Positions 20,617 to 30,192 of a stretch of DNA of 64,000 nucleotides are shown piece by piece. Source of the stretch: Candidatus Latescibacterota bacterium. Lineage in GTDB: Bacteria > Latescibacterota > UBA2968 > UBA8231. The stretch is taken from assembly GCA_965203175.1 (NCBI GenBank), contig OZ241867.1:1312001-1376000 (forward strand), given 5' to 3'. Both the position numbers and the translations under genes were made by a program. The first letter of the stretch is position 1, and the number at the start of each line of letters is the position of its first letter. The notes beneath the pieces are model-generated. The model was not told the origin of the DNA. It saw only the letters and a program-made list of their open reading frames with translations, and searched no databases.

Positions 20617-21867
20617 TTAGCTGGTCGGTTGTAGCGCCTGAAAGTCCGTCCCCGTCGGCTCCTGAAAAACTCGCAGATCAAAGGCGGGCACAATGGCGAA
20701 GATGTGGTCGAAAATGTCGGCCTGAATCGCCTCGTAGTTGGCCCAGACGATATCCTTGCAGAAGACGTAGATTTCGAGGGGTAGCCCCTTGGAGGTCGGC
20801 GCTAGCTGACGCACCAGAAAGGTCATCTCTTGGTTGATCTGCGGATGGTTTTTCAGATAGGCCTGCACATAGGCGCGGAAGGTGCCGATGTTGGTCATGC
20901 GCCGGCCATTTACCAGATGCGAGAGATCCACCTGGTTGAGCTTGTTGTATTCGGCTAGCTCTTGCTTCTTGCGCTCGATGTGGGCGGTGATGTACTGGAT
21001 TTTGGCAAAGCGGGCGAGCATTTCCTCGTCGCAAAACTTGACGGTGCTGACATCGAGGTAGATCGCCCGCTTGATCCGCCGCCCGCCCGACTCCTGCATC
21101 CCGCGCCAGTTTTTGAACGACTCGCCAATCAGTGCGTACGTGGGAATGGTCGTGATGGTCTTGTCCCAATTCTGCACCTTGACCGTCGTCAGCGTGATGT
21201 CGATCACGTCGCCGTCGGCTCCGTACTGAGGCATTTCAATCCAGTCGCCGTAGGCGACCATGCGATTTACCGAGATCTGGATGCCGGCGACCAACCCGAG
21301 GATCGAGTCGCGGAAGACCAAAAGCAAAACCGCGGTCATCGCCGTCAGGCCGCCGAGCAAGTAAAGCGGCGATTGGCCGATTAGAGTTGCGACGACGACG
21401 ATGCTGCCGAGCAAAAAGAGGATGATCTTGAGGAACTGCACCGGCCCCTTGATGGAGATTTCGTGCGAGGTCCTAGTGCTGTTGTAGATGCGGACGCCCG
21501 CGCTTATTAACGCCTCGATGGCTAGTAAGCCGGAGAGCACCAGATAAATATGCGCCGCGGTCTGGATGATTTTGACGGAAACGGGATGACCTTCTAAGGC
21601 CATTGGCCCTAGGTGGTAGAAGATGAGGCCGGGGACTAGATGGGCCAGCCGGTGCAGGACCCGGCACTCGATTAGGACATCGTCATAGGGAAAATCGGTG
21701 CGGTGAATGATGGCGGCGCAGCCTCGGAGTAGCGGTCCTCTGGCTAAGCGATGGGCGAGCAAGGCGACGAAGGCCACCACAGCTAAGGCGACCAGTGCGG
21801 CGAGGTCTTCACTGAGGTCTTGGCCGAGACCCCATTCGAGAAATTGGCTACGCAGTAAGTTGAGCAT
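20617..21867 (-). CDS. Mechanosensitive channel, MscS family (YbdG-like)
   Basis: GDWIEMP, TVKVQNWDKTITTIPTY, NWRGMQESGGRRIKR. Confidence 0.92.
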   Translation of the reverse strand: MLNLLRSQFLEWGLGQDLSEDLAALVALAVVAFVALLAHRLARGPLLRGCAAIIHRTDFPYDDVLIECRVLHRLAHLVPGLIFYHLGPMALEGHPVSVKIIQTAAHIYLVLSGLLAIEALISAGVRIYNSTRTSHEISIKGPVQFLKIILFLLGSIVVVATLIGQSPLYLLGGLTAMTAVLLLVFRDSILGLVAGIQISVNRMVAYGDWIEMPQYGADGDVIDITLTTVKVQNWDKTITTIPTYALIGESFKNWRGMQESGGRRIKRAIYLDVSTVKFCDEEMLARFAKIQYITAHIERKKQELAEYNKLNQVDLSHLVNGRRMTNIGTFRAYVQAYLKNHPQINQEMTFLVRQLAPTSKGLPLEIYVFCKDIVWANYEAIQADIFDHIFAIVPAFDLRVFQEPTGTDFQALQPTS

Positions 21868-21959
21868 CTGTTGTCATTAAAAAAGACGGTGGTTAAGGCG
21901 GCTCGCGGGGGTGGGCTTGGGTGCCGGTCCAACCTGGGCTGGAAAGGGGGAGAGTCGCG

Positions 21960-22442
21960 TTACTCTGGAACGGCTAGAGCTGAAGGAAAGTCGACGAACA
22001 GGGCCGATTGCTCTTGCTCGCCGCCATAGGAGTAAAAGCTCAAACGACCTTCTTCATCGACAAGCCAGAATTCTTGGGCACCCCGAGCCAAGTACAGATC
22101 CTTCTTAGCCAGCATCTCGCCAATGGAGTTGGAGGGTGAACGGATTTCGACGCATAGTTCCGGCGCTTGGAGATAGGGCGTATCCATCCCGTGGCGGGCG
22201 AAGAAATCATCCGAACCCCAGGCTATATCGGCGACTTTGACGCCTTGGCTGGTCTGGACCGAGCACTCGGTCAGGACGCGCCCTGCTGTTTTCTGCTGCA
22301 TCAGTGTGAAGGCGATGAGGACTTGGATATGGCCATGTTTGTTTGAGGCAGGCGTCATGGTGATGTGTCCCCATTCGTTTAACTCGATTTTGAAGGGTAG
22401 GTCCTGCAGGGCCTTGTTTTGGCACACTTCAATCCAGTCCAT
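21960..22442 (-). CDS. Uma2 family PD-(D/E)xK endonuclease
   Basis: VADIAW, APELCVEIRSPSN, YLARGAQEFWLVD. Confidence 0.85.
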   Translation of the reverse strand: MDWIEVCQNKALQDLPFKIELNEWGHITMTPASNKHGHIQVLIAFTLMQQKTAGRVLTECSVQTSQGVKVADIAWGSDDFFARHGMDTPYLQAPELCVEIRSPSNSIGEMLAKKDLYLARGAQEFWLVDEEGRLSFYSYGGEQEQSALFVDFPSALAVPE

Positions 22443-22559
22443 GGACGCGACGCTCCTACTGAGGTTGTTGACCTGTCAGGTTGGTCATAAAGGGAAGATA
22501 GCCTACCTCAGAAGCGAACTCAACTCTCTGTTCTATGAGACACGCCTCATGCGGCTATA

Positions 22560-23684
22560 TCAAGTGCGGTCGGACTGCTCGGGGCAGGTAGCGATTCCGT
22601 ATAGGGCTTCGCCAATAAAATCGCGCCGCCATCCGCGCAGGAGGCGATGATCCTCGGGCGTGGCCGCGACCGCGTCGAGGACTAGGTTGCGCACTTCAGC
22701 GCGGGCCGCGACAAAGGGCGCATCAATCCGCGCCGCGTCGCTTTGCTGGCGCAAGTAATCCATGGACTGGGAGAGTTTGCGTTCGATGATCTCCTTGTCG
22801 AGCTGCGGTCGGCGCGGACGGGGCGGGCACTCCTCATCGGGGACGGTCCAGCCTCGGCGAATCTGTTCGAGGATGCAGCGATCGTAGCGGTGATTGCCGA
22901 GTGCGCGGAGCTGGCCTAGTTCCTTCAGCGATTGGGGCTTGCGCCGGGCCAGTAACACGAGGGTGTCGTCTGTCAATACGTGATTGCGCGGCCGGTCGCA
23001 TCGCTGAGCTTCCTCTTCGCGCCAAGCGGCCAACTCGCGGAGGATGGCCAACTCGCGCGGGGAAGCTCGGCCCGTGCCCTTGATCCGCGTGAATTGCTCA
23101 CGCGGGTCTCGCTCCTCGTATAGCTGTGGGTTGTCGTACGCAGCCATCTCCTCTGTCAGCCAGGTGCTGCGACCAATTTCCTCGATGCGCGCCTGCAACA
23201 CATCGCGCGCCTCGTGCAGATAGCGCACATCCTCAATGGCGTACGCTAGCTGGTCCTCGGAGAGCGGGCGGCGGACCCAGTTGGTGAGTGTCTCGGTTTT
23301 GTCGAGGACCACGCCGAGGGTTTGCTCCAAGAGTTCGGCTAGCGAAGTGGTAGAACTCATATTGGCAAGCCCGGCTGCGCAGCGGGTGTCGAAGACGTTG
23401 CGCGGGAAAGCACCCGTGGCCCGGCGCAGAATGGCCAAGTCCTGTTGGGCGTCGTGGAGAATCAGTTCGACCTCTGGGTGCTCTAACAGGGCACTAAGGG
23501 GCGAGAGATCCGCAATCGCCACCGGGTCAATCAGGTGGCAGTCGCCGTCGGCGAGGGCCAATTGGATCACGCCTAGCTTGGGATAGTAGGTGCGGTTCCA
23601 AACGAATTCAGTGTCTAGGGCAACGCGCTCACAGTCTAGAGCGCGCTCGACAAGTTCGGCAAGGGCCTTTGCTGTGTGAATCAT
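22560..23684 (-). CDS. rnd: Ribonuclease D
   Basis: DEDD exonuclease motifs DTEF, HDAQQD, FDT, YAIEDV plus an HRDC domain. Confidence 0.88.
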   Translation of the reverse strand: MIHTAKALAELVERALDCERVALDTEFVWNRTYYPKLGVIQLALADGDCHLIDPVAIADLSPLSALLEHPEVELILHDAQQDLAILRRATGAFPRNVFDTRCAAGLANMSSTTSLAELLEQTLGVVLDKTETLTNWVRRPLSEDQLAYAIEDVRYLHEARDVLQARIEEIGRSTWLTEEMAAYDNPQLYEERDPREQFTRIKGTGRASPRELAILRELAAWREEEAQRCDRPRNHVLTDDTLVLLARRKPQSLKELGQLRALGNHRYDRCILEQIRRGWTVPDEECPPRPRRPQLDKEIIERKLSQSMDYLRQQSDAARIDAPFVAARAEVRNLVLDAVAATPEDHRLLRGWRRDFIGEALYGIATCPEQSDRT

Positions 23685-23734
23685 GCGTCCATGGGCATCT
23701 TGAAGTGAGGATTAAGCAACATACAACGGAGGCT

Positions 23735-25036
23735 CTAAGATGACAAGCGCCAGAAGCGGCGCACGGGGGTTTGCTCCCGATAACCGGCCAGCCGAGTACT
23801 GAGCAGCCAAGCCGCAACAAACGCGAACTGGACTGCACACAAGTAAAAAAGCGGTCCCCGCGAACCAGCCAGCGCAGCAGACCATTGGAAACAAGCCCCA
23901 CCCGCGATGCCGCCGACAATACCGCCCAGTGCCGAAGCGTACATTGCAAGGGAGAATCCCTCGGCCTGGTACTCTTTGGAGACGGCGTCGATCATCGCTC
24001 GCGACTGTCCCATCTGGTGGCCGCCGTCTAGTGCGCCCCAGAGCAAATAGACACCCCCCGCCCAGAGTGCGATCCACGGGAGTCCCGTAGGGAGGAAGAG
24101 CCAAGCGGGTGCCATGCCCGCTTGTAGCAACAGAGTGATGGTCAGCGGTCCTCGGCTGCCGTGCCGGTCCACCATCCGACCCCAGCCATGCAGTCCCGCC
24201 ACATAGCCGAGGGCTTGTACTGGCGTCATCCAGACGAAGTAGCTAACGGGCAGCCCCCAATCCGTGAGCGCCACGACCCACAGCGGAAAGGTCGCCGCTA
24301 GCACGGCCGTGCGGGCCATGACAAAGAGCGCGTATGCGCGCATCTGGGGCGTAGCTAAGGCTTGGCGCAAGCGGCGGATGAGGCCTTCGCCGGGCGGGGA
24401 CAGAGGTCGCTCAGCTACTTGGCGCGCCAAGAAGGCCCCACCGAAAGTGGAGAAAACCGCCAGAGCGAAAAGCGGCCCAAAGTCGTCGGCCATGGGCTGA
24501 GAGCCGAGGTACCAGCCGATTAGGATGGGCAAGGCGAGTTCGAGCAGGCGCTGCTGAAGGCGCATGCGCGTGAGAAAGGCTCCGAGCCCACTGCTAGCGG
24601 TGTTGTCTTGGACTAGGGGCCACCAAGCGGTGTTGCCCGCTTGGTATGCGAGACCGCGCGCGCTAAACAGGGCTAGGCCGATCCAAGCGGCCCAAACCCC
24701 GTTTGCGCCATAGAACGCCAACAGCGCCAGTGCTAGCCCAGCCGGGAACGAGCAGAGTCGGCCCCAAAAGAAGATCCCGGCCTTCCCAGTGCGGTGCATT
24801 AGCTGCAACCCGACGACGCGCCCCATCCTTTGTAAATACTCGCTGGTGGCGACTAAACCGATGAGAAAAGGCGAAGCATTGAGCGAGAGGAGAAAGAGGG
24901 GGACGAGAGAAGTGAGGAGGGCACTACTGATCGAGCCGCTAACGGCGACGCCGATCAGCCGCGACTGGCTGCGGCGACGAGCTGCTGGAAAAATTCTGTG
25001 ACTGGGGTTTGCCGTGTTGCTTGGGGTGTCGGGCAT
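23735..25036 (-). CDS. MFS transporter
   Basis: About 12 TM helices, WGRMVDRHG motif. Start uncertain. Confidence 0.75.
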   Translation of the reverse strand: MPDTPSNTANPSHRIFPAARRRSQSRLIGVAVSGSISSALLTSLVPLFLLSLNASPFLIGLVATSEYLQRMGRVVGLQLMHRTGKAGIFFWGRLCSFPAGLALALLAFYGANGVWAAWIGLALFSARGLAYQAGNTAWWPLVQDNTASSGLGAFLTRMRLQQRLLELALPILIGWYLGSQPMADDFGPLFALAVFSTFGGAFLARQVAERPLSPPGEGLIRRLRQALATPQMRAYALFVMARTAVLAATFPLWVVALTDWGLPVSYFVWMTPVQALGYVAGLHGWGRMVDRHGSRGPLTITLLLQAGMAPAWLFLPTGLPWIALWAGGVYLLWGALDGGHQMGQSRAMIDAVSKEYQAEGFSLAMYASALGGIVGGIAGGACFQWSAALAGSRGPLFYLCAVQFAFVAAWLLSTRLAGYREQTPVRRFWRLSS

Positions 25037-25122
25037 AAAAAAGAAGAAAGGACCGACAGCACGTCCGGGCAAATTGCGTTTAGCGCCCGCGCATCAGCGC
25101 GCTAAACGGGTGTTGCTCAGCA

Positions 25123-26568
25123 TCACTTGTGCGATCTAAATGCGGCCTTTTCCCCGGGCGTCGGCGAGTGGTCGAAGGCCCCGCGTTGGATCACCGCAGC
25201 AGTCCCGCCCGCCGCTTCGATGGTTGCCCGCTGGCTGGCATGGGCCTGCTCGTCAACCGCTTCCGGGTCGAGCAAGGCGCGCAATTCTCTTTCGCAGTCT
25301 CGCAACAGGTCCTGATGCTCAGGCATGCCGGACAAGTCGTTTAGCTCGTCGGGATCCTCTGACAAGTCGAAAAGCTGCGGCGGTGCGCCTACGTAGTAAT
25401 TGTACTTGTAGCGATTGCGGCGCAGCATATAGGTGCCGTGCTCGGTGCCCAGCGCGTGATACTCGCTAAAGACGGTGCGCTCTCGATCGTCCTCTTGTGC
25501 GATCTGCCACAGCGAGCGGCCGGGCAGGTCTTGGTCGATCTGTTTAGCCCCAACGCATTCGAGCGCGGTTGGAAAACAATCCACCAAAGAAACTGGCGTC
25601 TGTACCACCTTCCCCTCCGGCACGTCAGGCCCAGCCATAATCATCGGCACAGCCGCGGCTTCGTCGTAGAGCGTGAACTTGCCGAAGATACCTCGGGACC
25701 CAAGGCATTCGCCGTGGTCGGAGGTATAGAGCACGCGGGTGAAATCCGTCAGGCCGTACTCGTCGAGCGCACTGAGAACGCGACCGATCTGGTGGTCGAG
25801 GTAGGTCGTGGTACCGTAGTACGCGGCTGTAACTCGCCGCACTGTTTCTTCGCTGTGGCCTGAGTCGAAGCGGAAGAAGCGGCGGAAGTAGTCCATCGCC
25901 GGATGATCGGGCCACGTGTCGGGCGTCCACTGCGGTGGCAGCGGCACGTCTGCGAGCGGGTATTGGGCGTAGATTCCCGGCGGAGCGATATAAGGAGGAT
26001 GCGGGCAGACGAAATTGAGGAAAACTACCCAAGGCTTGGCATCGTCGCGGTGCTCGGCGAGCCAGCGCAAGGCGTGTTCGGTGCAGCGGGCGTCGTACTG
26101 CAAATAAGTCGAATCGCCCGCGCCTGCCCGTCCAAGCTCGCCGTGTTTGTCGCGCAAGGGCGGTTGATCGCGGATGCAGCCGAGGACATCGCCGGCACCA
26201 TCGACTACGTGCAACGGCTCGATTTCCTCGCTAAACCCGTGGTCTGCGCCTTGCCCCTTGAAGTGCAGCTTGCCGATAGAGTCGCAGCAGAAGCCCTGTT
26301 CGCGCAGGCGCTGATGCCAGGAGGCGGGCGTGCCATCGTAGGGATGCCCGTTGTCCCAGTAGCCGATCTGATGCACGTAGCGGCCGGTGGCCAGTGACGC
26401 GCGAGCCGGGACGCAGATCGGGCAATTGGTGTAGGCGTTTTGGAAGCGGGTACCGCGTGCGGCTAAGGTGTCCAGATGGGGCGTCTGCACCAGTGGATTG
26501 CCGTAGCAGCCGCTGGCGAGCCGGTGGTGCTGGTCGGACAAGATGAAGAGGAAATTGCGACGTTTCAC
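25123..26568 (-). CDS. Cys-type sulfatase (choline-sulfatase-like)
   Basis: SDQH, CVPARASLATG (CxPxR), GKLH, SDHG. GTG start overlaps the upstream stop (GTGA). Confidence 0.9.
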   Translation of the reverse strand: MKRRNFLFILSDQHHRLASGCYGNPLVQTPHLDTLAARGTRFQNAYTNCPICVPARASLATGRYVHQIGYWDNGHPYDGTPASWHQRLREQGFCCDSIGKLHFKGQGADHGFSEEIEPLHVVDGAGDVLGCIRDQPPLRDKHGELGRAGAGDSTYLQYDARCTEHALRWLAEHRDDAKPWVVFLNFVCPHPPYIAPPGIYAQYPLADVPLPPQWTPDTWPDHPAMDYFRRFFRFDSGHSEETVRRVTAAYYGTTTYLDHQIGRVLSALDEYGLTDFTRVLYTSDHGECLGSRGIFGKFTLYDEAAAVPMIMAGPDVPEGKVVQTPVSLVDCFPTALECVGAKQIDQDLPGRSLWQIAQEDDRERTVFSEYHALGTEHGTYMLRRNRYKYNYYVGAPPQLFDLSEDPDELNDLSGMPEHQDLLRDCERELRALLDPEAVDEQAHASQRATIEAAGGTAAVIQRGAFDHSPTPGEKAAFRSHK

Positions 26569-28076
26569 GGCGCTCCAACGATTTTGTCGGCATCGATCTG
26601 GGGCGGCACGGGATAGTGCAGGCCGCGTTGACCGGAGAGGTTGCGGTTGGGACGGGGTGCCCATTGCTGATCGGGCAAGCCGACGAGTTGATTGTCTTTG
26701 ACCCAGGCTTCATCGCCGCCGTAGAGTTCGCCGACGAGGCGTTCGCTGAGTTGGGCTTGGATTGCGGCGTGGTCGGGTGAACCCGCTAGGTCGTTCAGCT
26801 CGATGGGATCGCTTGCGACCGCAATTCTGCGGTCGGACTGCCCGAGGTCGAAGAGCTGGACGCGGTTGCCGACGGGATAGTAGATCAGCTTGTGCCGCCC
26901 CGCGTGGATCATGCGGGTGGCAGTCGCCCCTTCGCCGCATTCGCCGTAGAGATAACTGCGCCGTTCCTCGCCGACCATGGATAGGCCCTCGACTGTGTCG
27001 GGGATGTCGATGCTCGCCAGATCGAGCAGAGTCGGCATGACGTCCTGCCAGCCGACGAGGCGGTCGTCGACAGTATGGTGCGGCACTCGTCCGTCTCCAC
27101 CTCCGAGCAAGATCATCGGCACGTTGGCCGACTGCTCGTAGTAGAGCCGCTTGGCCCAGAGGCCGTGATTACCGAGCATATCGCCGTGGTCCGCGGTGAA
27201 GCAAATAATGGTATTGTCGAGCAGTCCCTCCTCGCGCAGGGTGCCGATGATCACGCGTAGTTGGTGGTCAATCTGAGTGCAGAGCGCGTAGAAGGCGCGG
27301 CGAATGCGCAGAACCTCCGGCCCCTTGAGGTGGGCGTTGGCTCCCTGAATGACTTTGAGCGCATAGGGCAGATTGTCGAAGGCGCGTGCCCAAGCGCCGT
27401 GGTGCGGCGCGTCGATGTCGATGTCGCGGTAGAGGTCGAGATAGCTTTGCAAGGGCACTAGCGGCGGATGCGGATGGCGGAAGGACAGGTACCAGAAGCC
27501 GGGCTTGGCTGGGTTGCGCCGCTTAATCATCCGGCTCATCTGGCGCACTGCCCAAGTGGTGGGGTGGCAGTCCTCGGGCAAGTGCCAGGGACGGAAGGAG
27601 TATTCGTTGTTGCTCATGCCGTGGGCAAACCTCGTGCCAGTATGGCCTTTGTCTGCGAGGAAGAGATCGTAGTCGTCAACCGCTCCCAAGTGCGGTCGGC
27701 CTTCTTCGTCGAGGAGCACGTCGTCGAAACCGATGCGGTCGCGCTGGGGATAGACGTGGAGCTTGCCGACGGCATATGCTTGGTAGCCTGCGTCGCGGAA
27801 GGTCTGCGCCACGGTCGGCAGCTCGGGCATAGGGGCGGTCGTTTTGAAGACCCGGTCGCCGTGGGTGCGCGGCGAAGTCCCCGTCATCAGGGTGCGACGA
27901 GCGGGGATGCAGACCGGGCATTCGCTATAGGCGTTGGAGAAGCGAGTGCCGCTGCGGGCTAAGGAGTCGAGGGTGGGGGTGAGAATGGCGGAATGGTTGG
28001 CTTCGCCCAAGAGGGAAGCGGACCAATGGTCGGTGGTAATCAGGAGGACGTGCGGTCTGTCGTTTGCCATCGGCAT
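26565..28076 (-). CDS. Cys-type sulfatase
   Basis: CIPARRTLMTG, GKLH, PHPP, ADHGDMLG. Confidence 0.9.
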   Translation of the reverse strand: MPMANDRPHVLLITTDHWSASLLGEANHSAILTPTLDSLARSGTRFSNAYSECPVCIPARRTLMTGTSPRTHGDRVFKTTAPMPELPTVAQTFRDAGYQAYAVGKLHVYPQRDRIGFDDVLLDEEGRPHLGAVDDYDLFLADKGHTGTRFAHGMSNNEYSFRPWHLPEDCHPTTWAVRQMSRMIKRRNPAKPGFWYLSFRHPHPPLVPLQSYLDLYRDIDIDAPHHGAWARAFDNLPYALKVIQGANAHLKGPEVLRIRRAFYALCTQIDHQLRVIIGTLREEGLLDNTIICFTADHGDMLGNHGLWAKRLYYEQSANVPMILLGGGDGRVPHHTVDDRLVGWQDVMPTLLDLASIDIPDTVEGLSMVGEERRSYLYGECGEGATATRMIHAGRHKLIYYPVGNRVQLFDLGQSDRRIAVASDPIELNDLAGSPDHAAIQAQLSERLVGELYGGDEAWVKDNQLVGLPDQQWAPRPNRNLSGQRGLHYPVPPQIDADKIVGAP

Positions 28077-28190
28077 CTCTCGTGTGTAGCAAAGACCAGA
28101 CCCGTCAGATGCGCGGACAGTGGGCCTAGCCTGCGCGTTAATTTGCTTGCCTAAAGGCGCGGTGAAGTCCGTAGATCTGCGCTACGCGAC

Positions 28191-29051
28191 TCAGGCCACC
28201 TCGTAGTCGCGCTCGGGCCGACTCGGGTTGCCCCAGTGGTCAGCCGGGTCGGCGGCGTTGATCAGCACGCCTTCCTTTTCCCAAGAGTAGCCGGGAATTG
28301 CGCGCACATCGGGAGTGCAGTAGCGCAGCGTTAGCCCACAGCGCCGGCGATCCGATTCGTTGTAGTGCGAGCTGTGCAAAAGCAGGTCGGAGTGGATCGA
28401 GACTTCGCCGGCCTTGAGCTCGACATCGATGATTTTGCCGTAGCGCTCAACATCTTCCACCGTCTGATCGAGGACGTTGTTTTCCGAGGTGTCGCTCGGG
28501 CGGAATTCGAGCTGGCCGTGGTGATGCGAGCCCGCGACGAAGCGCATGCAGCCGTTGTCGATGTCAGCGTCGTCAATAGCCAGCCAGACGGTCGCCGTCT
28601 TGGAGGGAGTCAGCGGCCAGTAGCTAGCATCTTGGTGCCAGGAGATGGTAGTGCCGTCCTTGGGCATCTTGCAGAAGTAGTGCGAGGCTAGGCCGATTAG
28701 TTCGGGACCGAGGAGATCGTGGATGTAGGCGAGGATCTTGGGATGGTGCATGAGGTCATAGACCTTGGCGAACTTGAGATGCGCCGAGCTGAGGGTGAAG
28801 CTACCATAGCCGGCGGCCATGACCTTTCTCAGTTGCTCGTCGAAGAAGACCCGGTGCTCGGCAATCTCGGCGTCGTCAAAGATGCGAAGGCCCTTGAGGT
28901 AGCCGTCTCGGTTGAAAGCGGCAACCTGTTCGGTAGTGAGGGTGGTAGGGTCATCGACTGTGCTGGGGTAGAAGCGCAAGTCGCGGTCCATTTCGCGCAG
29001 TTCGTCGTGGGTCGGCGCGGCCTTGAAGGTGTGATCAATTTGGTTCGTCAT
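28191..29051 (-). CDS. Phytanoyl-CoA dioxygenase (PhyH) family protein
   Basis: WHQDASYW, LLHSS, RRCGLTLRY. Confidence 0.88.
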   Translation of the reverse strand: MTNQIDHTFKAAPTHDELREMDRDLRFYPSTVDDPTTLTTEQVAAFNRDGYLKGLRIFDDAEIAEHRVFFDEQLRKVMAAGYGSFTLSSAHLKFAKVYDLMHHPKILAYIHDLLGPELIGLASHYFCKMPKDGTTISWHQDASYWPLTPSKTATVWLAIDDADIDNGCMRFVAGSHHHGQLEFRPSDTSENNVLDQTVEDVERYGKIIDVELKAGEVSIHSDLLLHSSHYNESDRRRCGLTLRYCTPDVRAIPGYSWEKEGVLINAADPADHWGNPSRPERDYEVA

Positions 29052-29172
29052 GGCGTCATTCTCCTAACAGATAGGTTCGCAAATAAAACGCAATTTGCTC
29101 CTTGTCTCAAGGGCGAGGGCTAGTCGGTGTAGCAGAATCCGCTGGTGATCTCGACGAGGTCTGTCGATCTGT

Positions 29173-30168
29173 TCATCGGCCCATCAATTCCTCATAGACC
29201 CCGCCCGTTTTGGCTTGGATATTTTCGCCGCCAAAGGGATAGAGAAACCCCCAGAACAGAGCGCCGACCAACATCAAACCGAGGTAGAACAGCAAGATGC
29301 GGCGGCCCCAGACTGCCCCAAGCATGGTCAGGGTGGAGAACTTGGTGGCCGGTCCAGCAATGAAAAAGCCCAAAGCCGCCCCCGGACTCATCCCCATCTG
29401 CATCATGCTCTCGACAATGGGAATGCTGCCGCCGCCGCAGGCGTAGAGCGGCACCCCCAGAGCCACAGCCACGGGCACGGCCCAGACGCTGCCGGGGCCG
29501 ACCAGCGCCAACACCAACTCTTGGGACAGGAAGGTCTTTACCAAAGCGGCGATGAAGATCCCCAAGCCGAAGAATTTGGCGATGAAGAGCAGATCGGCGC
29601 GAAAGCGCTGTGCCAGTATTCTGGCTTCAGACCGCCCGTCCGTCTTGGCCGGAGCGTGCTCCGCAGGGACTGCTGTACGGACGGCAAACGTTAGGCGGCG
29701 CAGAGCGGACTGGACTGCGAAACCGGCTAGCAGTCCGACGCTGGCCGCTGTGACCAGCCGGGCTACGGCCATTTCCATACTTATGGTGCCAGCGGTGTAC
29801 ACGAACAGGGCGGGGTTCATCAGTGGCGAGGCCACGACAAAGGCCACCAAAGGTGCGACCGGTACGCCCATATTTATCAGGCGGCCAGCCACGGGAATGG
29901 CGGCAAAGGTGCACAGGGGCGAGATCAGGGCCAGCAGGGTGGATGCCACAATGGAGCCGTTGGCCCGCTGCTGGAGCGTGCGGCGGATCCGAGTCTTAGG
30001 CAAGTAGCGCCAAGCTAGGGTGCTGAGCAGGGCACCGAGCACCACAAAGTACCAGAGCTGGGCCGCCAAATCCCAGAAATTTGCCAAGACGCGCAGCGTA
30101 TAGGTATTCCGCAGATAGTGCTCTGCAATGCTAGCGGCCTGCCAGAGCGGGTGGTAAAGGGTTTGCAT
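29173..30168 (-). CDS. Permease (DUF318/ArsP-like)
   Basis: PLCTF, ASPLMNP, GVPLYACGGG, FFIAGPAT motifs. Confidence 0.8.
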   Translation of the reverse strand: MQTLYHPLWQAASIAEHYLRNTYTLRVLANFWDLAAQLWYFVVLGALLSTLAWRYLPKTRIRRTLQQRANGSIVASTLLALISPLCTFAAIPVAGRLINMGVPVAPLVAFVVASPLMNPALFVYTAGTISMEMAVARLVTAASVGLLAGFAVQSALRRLTFAVRTAVPAEHAPAKTDGRSEARILAQRFRADLLFIAKFFGLGIFIAALVKTFLSQELVLALVGPGSVWAVPVAVALGVPLYACGGGSIPIVESMMQMGMSPGAALGFFIAGPATKFSTLTMLGAVWGRRILLFYLGLMLVGALFWGFLYPFGGENIQAKTGGVYEELMGR

Positions 30169-30192
30169 CTGAAGGACGCGGTGAAGCCACGC

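Noticed and set aside
25077-25108. 10-bp inverted repeat between the sulfatase and MFS genes
   Set aside because: No clear T-run on the coding strand and a single occurrence, so function is unsupported.
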